In this document: piece by piece, positions 26,787 through 38,700 of the stretch | Layout of the letters: each line of letters begins with the position of its first letter | How positions within the stretch are numbered: the stretch's first letter is position 1 | Source of the DNA: Amoebophrya sp. A120 | Taxonomy: Eukaryota > Protista > Dinoflagellata | Length of the DNA: 64,000 bases | Direction: 5' to 3' | NCBI GenBank assembly: GCA_905178155.1 | Contig: CAJINV010000005.1 | Coordinates: 8,244,515 to 8,308,514, forward strand | Made by a program: the position numbers and the translations under genes | Notes under the pieces: model-generated | What the model was told of the DNA's origin: nothing | Seen by the model: the letters and a program-made list of their open reading frames with translations, nothing else | Databases searched by the model: none

Positions 26787-29700
26787 ATGGCTATCGAAAA
26801 GTCCTCGAGCAGCGATTTCGAGCAGAAGCCTTCTGGAAGGCCGGCGGGACCGCGGCCCAGCACGGGTGGAGAGGACGAGGAGAACGCGGACAAGAACAAC
26901 ATGGCTTCTTCTCCTGTTTCAGCCATCGGGAAGATGAAGATGAAACACACAGCTGGTGTTGACGAAAATGTTGACCAGCAGCAGCAGCTGCACAAGCACA
27001 ACGACAGTACAACTCAAAACCTGTTTCACGTGCAGCAGCAGTACCAAGCACCAGAACGACCCTCCGCCAAGCTCGACGGCGAAGGGAGCAGTAGAGCCAG
27101 CTACAACCCGACATCCTCTTTGTTCACACCGGAACATCATCATCAATTCGGGGAGAGTTGTAGAGATGAGGGAGTGCTGGCGACACAGCACGACGAAAAC
27201 GAAATGAAGACGCAGGCAAATCGTAGTTCTCGTGTACTAGGAGGTCGTGGTCCACTTGAAGTAGATGCAGGTCGTGAAGTAGTAGATCATTGGTCATCAA
27301 GAACAGCAGCATCTGTTCCTGGTGGAACTACAAGTTGTAGGTACAACGACCCACCATCCACCCACGGCCCGCCGCTCTCGTCGTCCCAAGGCAGTAGTAT
27401 TAGCAACAAGCTACTCGGGCCGGAATTTGACCATCTTCCGCGGCCCAGCGGGATCCCGGTACCCAGAGACAGCCGTGGGTTGACGCACCACCAAGTGTTG
27501 GCGGGACAAGCGGCCGCGACGGGAAGGAAAGAAGATTTTTCGGAGGAGGTGGCCGTGCCAGACGCCGGGGAGGAGGTAGAGTCAGGAAAGCGGACGGGTG
27601 AAGACCAACTTCCCAGTGCGAGTACAGGGCACAATATTAGATGCGAAGAATTCAATTGGCTCCAGCGACCGGAGATGGAGATGAACGGCAACAAGAAGGC
27701 CTACAACAGCACAGGTTATAATTATATCAGCGAGGACGCGTCGCTGCACCGACAACGGTATCCTGAGTGAAAACGTACCCACCCCAGAGTTGTCATGCAG
27801 ATTTGCCATGACAGGAACATTTGCGATGCGCAACCCCATGACAGGCATTTTCAATCGTGTTTGGGAACTTGTAATGCTGTAAACAGGATCAGAAGGTCGA
27901 TTTGTGATGCTGCTTTCCTTGCTAACTTGCACTACCTTACGGACTGAAACTTGCCATCCCGTAGCTGCACAGTCTGTTTATGTCATGCGTGACTCACAAA
28001 ACTCCTAGGCTTGTGTTGCAAAATCCCCATCCTGACTCTGGTGTGGGTACGTTTTTACTCAGGATAAACGGTTCTCCGAAATCACCGCCAGAGAATTAGA
28101 TGCGGCCGAAGATGATCTTCGTAACAGTACTAGCAACTACCGGGCCTTCCCGAGTATGAGCTCCGCGGTATCCCAGAGAAAAAAGCAGGCGCGGCATTAC
28201 TATCTATTATATTCATGCGAAAAAAGAGGTCTACAGAGGGTCGAAGGGAGGTGGCCGAGAGGTCAAAAAGAGGTCAACAGAGGTCAAAAAGAGGTCGACA
28301 GAGGTGGAGAGGTGGCGCGGGAGGTCGTTCGGGAGGATGGCCGAGAGGTGGCGCGGGTATAGCCAGCCGAACCGTTCGCCCTAAAGCCGCGCCTATGGGG
28401 CCCGGAGGTGGCCGAGAGGGTCCCGAGAGGGTAAGCGAGAGGGGGGCAGAGGTGCCGAGAGGTTGCGCGAATAAGGGGGAACCTCTCGCGGACCCATTGG
28501 GCCACCTCTCGGCCACCTCTGTAGACCTCTACCGGCGAGTATAGCCGGACTATTAGCAACACCTCTCCGAAGAGGTGAAAAAGAGGGTCTGCGAGAGGGG
28601 TAGAAAAACCCGAATCCGCCCGGCGCAAGGCTGATTCTTTTCCGGCCCTTTCATGCAGAGGGCCTGAACCTCCTCGCGCCACCCTCTCGCGCACCCTCTC
28701 GCGCCACCCTCTTGCGCCACCCTCCCGCGCTTCTGTTCGCCTCCGGTGTCCTTTGCAGCTGCTCCCTGCGCAGAGCGCCCACAGGCGCGGGAAGCGCGCA
28801 AGTGGTCCTGCGGGTTGGCGCCGCGCAAACAGGCGGCAGGACTCCAGTAAGTATGATGTTTCATTGTGCATATTAGACCTGTGGCATTGTGGCCCGATCC
28901 GCAAACAGTCCTGCCCAGCCCCAGCAACAGCCTTGCGCTCCGGCGTTAGCCGGAGCATGGCTGGTATTTGTGATGCGAAAATAAATACACAGAAAATTCT
29001 GTCATGGGCGGCCCCATAGCATCCTGTTTATGGGATATGCAATACATAATTTTTTGTGTATAAATTTATTTTTGCATTACAAAGGTGACCTGTCCTGCCT
29101 GCTTTTTTCTGCGTGATACGCGGTAATCGTGAAATCCGCCGCGGACGAGGGAATTACCGCACGTGCGAGCGCTGTGGATATAATTACACCAACGCGAGGA
29201 CGAGGACCAACATTGAGTCCTGGGGTCAACATCTTGCACGAGGATCATCAGAATTATGTGCAAAAACAAGAATACGAATACCTCTCCTCTAGCACGGAAG
29301 CTGCAGATGGAACAGCAGCAGGAGATGAACTACTCCAACAGCCTTCGTCTCCAGAAGATGACAAGCATCAGGCGCGAAGCCCGTCGGAAAAATTGCAGGC
29401 GTCGACCGGCGGGGGGAACGGACTTGGGGACGAAGAGGTTTTGCGATACAGTCGGGTCGGGGACGAGCAGGAGTCCGCGCGGGCAGATGATGACCAGGGG
29501 GGCCGCAACTACAACATGCACGGAGCAGGAAAAAGGAATAATGCTGCAAGCACTACAACATCTTCCCCGCTACGACAAGATATAAACGGCAAGAAGCTCC
29601 TGCTTCTTGCAGCTCCTGCGACGACGACGACCGACATGATGAAGATGATTTCCCCGAACAAGAATAATATCGGCATGAAGGAGCAAAATTTCAATTTTCA

Positions 29701-32700
29701 CACAGATCATGGTCCGCTACTTCACAACGAGGTGGACAAAAATACGAAAATAACCGCAGAGAGCAAAACCTTCAGCCAATTGACGATCCCGGAAGCGATG
29801 TGCAATTTTCAAGCGATATCCTGAGCAAAAACGGGGCCCACGCCCCATAGTCAAGATGGGAAGTCTGCTAGACAAATCCGCCAGCTTTGGTTGTTACGCA
29901 TGACAAGTGTGGCCTCGTAGTGTCGTCCTGTTTAGCTTGCTCAGCAGCGTCCCAGATCTAGCCCATGATGCTGATTGGAGCATTACAAATTTCAAAACAC
30001 GACTGGACAATGCGCGTCACGGGGCTCCGCATGAGAAAAACGTTTTGAGCATGCAGATTTGCATGACAGCTATGGGCGGGTGGGGGCGTTTTTGCATAGG
30101 ATAAGCGAGACGTGACAGCAGCAGCAGCGGAGATTCCGATCTGAACAACGTTCCAACCCTATTGCAATGAAAAATGGCCCCACCCCCAGCTTGGCAGCAT
30201 TTGTATTGCAAACGTTTCCAACAGAAACATTCCCCGTCTTGCATATCTCAGCATCACAAATTTTCCATGCTGAATAGGTCAAATTTGTGTTGCGAAGCTG
30301 CCCAACAGCAGCCGGATCTGTTATGCACAAGGCACCTTGCGCATCCAGATTCTGCATCAGAAACGCTCGCAATCCTTTTATGCAAGACAAAAAGCTTTCA
30401 TTTGGAAACTTTGCATGGCAAACTTCTGCAAATTCCGGGGTGGGGGCGTTTTTCATCGTAATAAACCCCCGGGTCGGGGTTTCACGACGGGGATAGCAGT
30501 GCGCCGGCGATCTGCAGCTCCGGGAGGGAATCTTTACTAGCGGGGGGAACAGAAATGTTGAACAACTACGAGAAAAATGATCATCTTCGGCCTGGAGGCG
30601 GCGGCCAACAGAACAATAACTACTACGCGGCCTACGAGGACTACTAGGGATGTGTCAGGATTAGAATCGACAAAGTTGAAATAACTTGTAATGCATAAAA
30701 TGGATGAAAGTTGTATTAACCCAGTTCTTTCCAAGTGGCGCATCGCAAATTTGGGCAGAACCGAAATCCAGTCTGTCGTGCTGTTTGGGTAAGGCAGACG
30801 CCATCTGTCATGCTACTTTAGCAGCTCAGTTTCTACCCCTTAACAGGCTTGCAATCTGCCTCACTTGCCTACTCTGCAAGACAGGCACTTTGTGGGCTGC
30901 ATTTTATGCATGACAAACTGTTTCAACTTTGACGATTTCAATCCTGACACTCCCATAACTGCCGATCTTCCTCGCGCGCGACGGAGTACGGTGGACGGGA
31001 AACGCAGATGTTGACGGACGCAGAGCAGGATGTATGCATTGCAAATATGTGGTCTGGGTCTGGAAGGATGCAACTTGTATGTAGTGAGGTCACGAACGTT
31101 CTACCCTAGCGGTTTTTTTGCCACCTCTTATGCAAAACGACCGGCAGTTTTTAAGTGGCCGGAGGTGTTTTTGAGCATAAAAGATTTCCATTTATCAAGC
31201 GGCCGGGGCTTTGTTGTCAAACAAGCCCGGTCGAAAACTATCGATTCGCACTGGATAAAGCGACGCAGGGGAGCCGGCAAAAGGGGCGCCCTTCTGAGAC
31301 GGTCACCGCCTTAGTTTCTGGCGGTTTCGGGCGCCCAAAAAGGGGCGCCCAAAAAGCAGCAGTCCGAAAAAAACAGCGAATCCGCATGGTATGGGCCTCA
31401 TTTTGGTCCACATTCGGGCCCCGCAAAAGACGCCGCCAAGATCTGCCATTTCAGAGGCGGACTGAAGGCCAGAAGATGCGACTTTTCAACAAAAAAAACA
31501 CAAAAAACCAAAGTCCGCCGAAAGGAAAAAGCCAATCCGCATGCTATGGGCCCGATTTGGGGCTCCCAAGGGGCCGACCCTTGCGGGGGCCCTTGCGGGG
31601 CCATAGCATGCGGGGAAGCTTTTTCGATTCGAAACCAAGTGGCGGCCTGTTCTGGGCCGACATTTTTCGCGACCGCCGACCGCCGTGCCGTCTGGGCCGA
31701 CACATTCCCGTCGTAATTACTCGCGATGGCATGGCTGGCAGAGAAGTCGTGTCATTTTTTGGCGTGAAGACAAAAAAAACGCCATGACCTCACTACCCCC
31801 GCGGACGCGGCTATTATTGGTCATGCTGTCTCTGGATTCCAAAAAAATCTGTGTTGCATGACCAGCAACAATCAAGAAGAGTCCAGTCTGTGCTACCTGG
31901 AGAGGGCATTTCTCATGCGGAATTGGCATCAGGAAGCCCTTCAAAAATCTGGGACGCTAAGTCATGCATCACAGGCGTCACGGGTGGTCATGCAACATGT
32001 GCATTACAAACCTGGCAATCTTCCAGACCCAGACATATTTGCATTGGATAGGATGTAGTTGCTCCTGGCCCGGTCGGAAATAAATCAACAAGTCCGCCAG
32101 GAATATTACAACAGCCCGATTTATTAGTCGGAACAACTAACTCGACCATGACGGCAGCAGAATTACCAACAGCAGGAAACAACAAGAAAGTGCAGTTCAC
32201 CGAAAATAAAAGCAGTAGTCTTGGAGCAGCGGGACGGGCAGGTACAGCTTTGCAGCGCACTGCCAGCACGACAAATGATAGTACCTCCACTATCAAAAAG
32301 AAAAATCCCCACTCCCCATATCAAAACGGAAATCTGTGATGCGGGATTTGTGTACACAAATCCAATCTGTCTAGCAGTAGAGGACTGCAGGCAGATGCAG
32401 TGCCTGAGTAGGGGCGTTTTGCTGTAGGCGCCTAGCAAGGCAGGCATATCCTCTGTAGGCGATACAGCATTACAAAGTGCCTGCAAAACGCCGCTGATTC
32501 CCTGGGTTTGCCCTCTTGCAATACCGAGACGATCTGTAGTCACAAATCAGCATCACAAATTTTCAGTAGTGCCCCTTTTTGGTATGGGGAGGGGGGATTT
32601 TTCCTCACAATATCCACACGGCCCGTCTTTCTCCAGTCCAGCACAAGTGAGCTGCAGACGAATCAGTATCAAATGCAAAAATGTCTGGGTCTGGAAGAAT

Positions 32701-35700
32701 GCAACTTGTAATGCGTATTTCAGAACACAGAAAAGTCTCTCATGCATACATAGCAAAAGGTGCCCACTTTCTGTCAGCAAAATAGGGGACTTGTCATGCG
32801 GATTCGGCATTGCGGAAGCTTCTCGAAACCTGTGATGCTAGAGCTTCCATGCCGAACCTTCTGTGTCATGCAAAAACAGCATGACTTTGACTCTTCGAGA
32901 CCCAGACATTTTTACATTTGATAATCAGCCTAGTGGTGCAACAACCTCCTCCATTCAGGACAATCACTACGGGGGTGTCAAGCTGCAGCAAGCGAATATT
33001 AAACCTAGTTCAACGACATCTAGCAGCAGCAGCAGCAGCAGTAGGGGGCCACCTACAACGTCTAGTACAACTCGCGGCGCAAAAAGGACCTCCTCCTCCG
33101 CCAACAGAAATAGCTCCACGGCTTCCAGCACTAAGAAAAAATCCTGCACCGGTCCCATCAATTTTGACCGCGGGGAGCAGTTGAACCAACAATTCGAGCA
33201 AATCAAATCCGTATCCCATGTAAAAACGTCTCCACCCCAGATTCAGGATGGGAAACCTGCTACACAAATCAACAAGCTGTGGTTGTTGAGCATGACAAGT
33301 TTGGATTCATAATGTAGTCGCGTTTATTCGCTAGCGCAGTAGCATTACAGATCTAGCATCTCATGCTGATTCGAGCATCACAAATTTCCAAACTGCGCCA
33401 GAAAATGCTTCTCATGGCAGGACTCCGCATAAGAAACACTCCACGCATGCAGCTTTGCATGACAACTCTGTGGCGGTGGGGACGTTTTTGTTTAGGATAA
33501 TCCGGGGTGCAGATCCACCTGGTGCAGGAACTGACGGACGACGCGAACTTTCTATGCATTGCAAGTATGTCTAGGTCTGGAAAGTTACAGCTTGTGATGC
33601 TGTTTTTGGATTGTAAAAAAACCTGTATTGCATGACCAGGAAGATGAGGATCCCAGTTTGTGCTACGCGGAGAGGGCATTTCTCATGCGGAATAGGCATC
33701 AACAAGCCCCCGAAAAATCTGCAATGCTAGGTTAGGCATTACATCAGGCATCCTGGGTCATGGAAAATATGCATGACAATGACAAACCCGGCATCAAGCT
33801 TCCAGACATCCAGGGATATTTGCAATCGATACTTTCAGTCCTACCACGAGCGACTGCAGCGGAAAAAACAGTTGGAAAAAATCGAAACGGCGAAACTGCA
33901 GATCTCCAACACCCAGCAGAGAACCGGGAAAAAGATGAACAGCTTGATTCAGTCCTCCCGCGAGATGTTTTCCGTCGACGTGTTGCTGTCCAAATGCGAC
34001 GACTGCTGCGACGTGCTGATTGATTCCGTCGTCTCTGGGTATGAAAAGATCACAAACGTGATTCAGGGCTGTGTATGCGTTGCAAATATGTCATCTGGGT
34101 CTGGAAGACGAGTGCCAAACTTCTTGCAATTTGCTGGGCTATAGCTGGGGCTGACATTATGGGACTACACTTGAACAATCTGTGATGCATGTTGCGCAAC
34201 AGCGCTGCTTCGGCTTCCACATGATAGCATGAGAGGTTTCTTCCGGACAGCGACATTTTTGCATTGCATACTGCGAAAGGCTGTACGACAACATCCTCGG
34301 GCCCTCTGCTAGAACCCCGTACAAGGAGCAATCCTGTGTCAAGGAGCGATCGACGACCCATTTGCTCTCCATGGTGGAGAATTGCGACCTGATTCAGACC
34401 TTCAAAAACCGCCCGTTGCAAGCGACGTTACCGGTGTTCATGGTTTCTACCATGATCGGAATGCTCTACGTGTCCTACGCCTTTGTTTACCTGCCCAAAC
34501 TGGCGCTGTTGACCCAGGTGAAGCAGACCACCATGATTCTCTCCTCCGGCGTGACCAAGACGGTGTACAAGCAGTCCTGGAATTACTACTTCCAATCCCG
34601 GTTTTTCCACTTCTGTCTCGGAACCGCGTTGTGGGCGTACTACAAGGGGCTGGTCACCGACCCGGGCAGAATTCCCGATGACGGGAGCTGGGACGACCTG
34701 CCGCAGGGCATCGAATTGATGGAGAAGAAGCGGAAGCACAACGAGTACCGGTTTTGCCAAAAGGAGATGAAATACAAACCGGACAGGACGCATTTCTGCT
34801 CGGCCATGGGACGGAACGTGCTCAGGATGGACCATTATTGCCCATGGTATAAAGAATATTTTGCTTTTTTGTTTGTAGAGTTTTCCTTTTGTGGTTTTTT
34901 TTCATGCGGACAGTTGCATGGGTTTGGGAGGGATGATTTCTCATGCTAAGTCGTGAATAATTATCCACACTTTTACGAAAAAAAAAATCAACGCCAGGCT
35001 GTCCAACTGCGTTGGGTACTTCAACCACAAATACTAAGAATAATTAAAGAGTAATTTTATTAATGGTATAATTAAAGAATAAATCAATGGTATAATTAAA
35101 GAATATTTTTATGGGATGGACTCGACCATTCACTACTATCACCATTCAAAAAACTTGGTTCTAATAAAGATTAGGTTTGTTTTGCGGCGCATTCGATCCG
35201 GATTCCGCGACCTGAGCTTGATCCTCCACCGTCACCCTTGTGGAAGCCGTTACTTATGCAGGTTAAATAGCTAGCTTTAAATGAAGATCCCAATTTGAGC
35301 TAGATAATGAGGGTGAAACGCAATGCAATTTATCAGGTATTATAATTGAGATGCTTAGGAGTGCAGGAGTTCGTCCGCCAATTGGATCCGCTTATCACCG
35401 CCACGCACTGCCGTTGGGGCCCCGTGAGGGATTTGCTGGTATAGAGGTCGCGGCACCGTCGTGCGTCGGCACTTTCTTGAAGAGGAGTATCCGACTATTT
35501 TTGGTTTTTGACTCATTTTTGTCCACCATAGCATCGAGAAGTAGCGAAATCTGATCATCACCATTCAAATGAGGTATTTTTAAGGTCCCGGATGAGGGTA
35601 TTTTATACCTCATCCGGAACACGGAAACAGTTCGCGGAGAGGTGAATTTTATACCTCATCAATAGACCTCATCCAATGAGGTACCCGGATACGCAATCAC

Positions 35701-38700
35701 GATGGTATGCTGAATTTCCACTAAAAATCTGCCATACCATGCGGATTAAGAAAAGCGCAATACTTTTCGCGAGCATTCCCAGAATTCCTCCCTTTTCCAC
35801 CATTTTCCAGGTATTCTGCCGCCGCTTTGTCCCACAAATTGCCACGGGGCCCCAGCAGTCCATGCTACTGTCCTTTATTTCGATGTCTTTTAAAGGGAAA
35901 ACTAGCTAGCTCAAATTGGGATCTTCATTTAAAGCTGGGCATTTCATCATCGATAATAAACCAAGCTCACCTCCCGGCGATGTCGCCGACAACACGACGA
36001 CCCAGACGTCCAAAACTGCATGGATAGCTGCCCTATTTTGCTTCAGAGCCAAGTTTTTTGAATGGTGATAGTAGTGAATGGCCGAGTCCATCCCATAATT
36101 TTGCTTTTTTGTTTGTAGAGTTTTTTTTTGTTTTTCCTCATGCGGACAGTTGCATGGGAACGATGATTTCTCATGCTAAGTCGTGAATCCACACTTTTAC
36201 GAAAAAAAAAATCAACTCCAGGCTGTCCAACTGCGTTGGGTACTTCAACCACAGGATAAATCACAGGCGAGGCTATCCATCGCCTACGCCCGTGTCGTTC
36301 TTGACGTGCAAAGCAAATATTTGCGACACAGAAAACGAAAAAGATAAAAGCGCCAAAAAAAAAAAAACTGCGACGCAGAAAATGACAAAGATAAAAGCGC
36401 AAAAACACAAACTGCCCCCACACACAAAGAAGTCTCTGTGTCGCCATGCGAAAATAACAAAGTGCTTATCTCTGCAATGCACGCCCAGGAGACGGCTGCT
36501 TACTTCGCCTCCGGGATCGCGAATGAGTTGCGCACCAATATTAGAGAACTTCTTTTCTTCTTTGTCTTGCAAAATGCAGGGCACCTAAAAGCTCATCCTT
36601 TTGCCAATAGCGCTTCGCGCACTAAGCCACTATGCGCGCGCCTGGTGTGAGGCGAGGGGCGGACGCTGTCCGCCCCGATGGCGAACACCCTTCCCCCACT
36701 AGCGCCACTAGGGACGGGCACAAGGCCCCAGCGTGGGGACCCTGTCCCCACGCGTGGGTCTTGTTTGTCATGCGGAAAGTACCAAAACAGTGATAGTTGT
36801 TCGAATGACAGCAAGGATAAAAATCACCAACTCCAGGCTGTCCAACTGCGTTGGGTACTTCAACCACAAGTACTTTATTCTCTTCCTCCTCTACACCTCC
36901 ATTGCTTCCAACATGGTCACCTACGGCCTCTTCAAACTGATGGCGCACTATGCATTGCAAATATGTCTGGGTCTGGAAAGAACTTGTGATGCAAGAAAGG
37001 GAAAAATAGTGAACTCACTATAATACGCTGCCAAGCATGACAAGTTTTTTTCATAGTATTCTAAGTTGCGTACTCCGCATGAGAAACTGCGTTTTTGCAC
37101 GACAGGGAGGAGGAGCTCTTCGCGGCCATGCAACACAGAGTTCAGGGTCATGCCAGACTAGCATGACAAATCTCGCAATCTCCCAGACATCCAGACATTA
37201 TTTGCATTTGATACGCACAAGCAGATCGCGATGAACGCAGGTTATCACTTATCCTGAGTAAAAACGCCCCCACACCAGAGTTGTAATGCAGATTTGCAAA
37301 GACAGGAAGACTTGTAATGCGCATCCCCATGAGAGCCATTTCCAATCGTGTTTTGGAATTTGTGATGCTGTGGACAGGATGAGGAGGTGGATTTGTTATG
37401 CGGCTTCCCTTGCTAAACTGCACTACAATACAGCCTGCAACTTGTCATGCGTGACTCAGAAAGCTCCTAGGTTTGTGTTGCAAAATCCCCATCCTGAGTC
37501 TGGTGTGGGTACGTTTTTACTCAGGATATCACTTGATGATCATCGATATGACAGTGCACAACTCCCCCTCGTTCTCATTTCTCATGCAAAATGCCAAATC
37601 CAGTTGCATCCTTGTATCACTATTATGCATGACACATTCCGGAAGGAGCCCAAACAGTACTACACTAGGCGTATGGTTTTGTCATGCCCAGGCTCCACGT
37701 GTGCTGGTGTTTGTATTGCTGTTCATGCAATACAAATCAGGGGGAGGGGGAGTTGTGCGCTCTCATAATCGAATCAGAAGGCCTCGGCGTCGTTCTGTCC
37801 TGCATCCTGACCCCGTTTTTCGGCTTTCATTGTTGGTTGCTATCGAATAATTTAACGACCATCGAGTTTATCCACAGTAAATTTCTTGTACACGTACAAA
37901 TGCTGTCTCTGCATGACAAAGTTTGCCTTCAATCCTAGTCTAGCATGACAAGTTGTACACTGCAAGTTAGCAAAATTTGTCATGCATTTTGTACATGTAC
38001 GGGGAATTTACATTGCATAGAGTTCTGCGAAAAGAAGCAGCACACCGTGGAAGATAGCACCACGAATCATGCTGGTGGTGACAATAATTCCGCCACAACT
38101 TTGCAGGACACTGCGCACCAGAACGAAAAGAACAAAGCACTGCTAGCGGAAGAACAAATGACATCATCAAAACAAGAGCCTGCTAATAGCAATTCCGCCC
38201 TGTCCTCCCTGTCTTCCTCTTTTCTAACGGTCGCGGGCAATGTTTGTTTTTTGTTACCGTATTCCGTGAAGCAGCAGCTGGGACTCGTTGGCGGAGTGGG
38301 GACGACCGCAACAGGAGCTGCAGGATCTAGTTCAAGTGCAACCACTAAGCAACATCAAGCAAAACCTGCGACGTACGAGGCGCGTTCGATGTACGACATC
38401 AATTTGTACCACAACTTGAAGACTGTGATGGGCAACAATCCCTTCCTCTGGCTGCTGCCCATCGACGGTGGCCTGGGGGACGGACTACACTTCCCGGTTC
38501 GGGAAGACTGCCCCTTGGTCCAGCAAAGGCTGAAGGAATTGCGTGTGTTGCACGACATGCACCACGAGGATTCGCCGGAACTGCAGCGGGAATACCCGGA
38601 GATTTTGCAGGATATCCTAAGTAGAAACGGGGCCCACACCCCATAGTCAAGATGGGAACTTTGCAACACAAATCCAGAAGCTTCGGGAGTTACGCATGAT

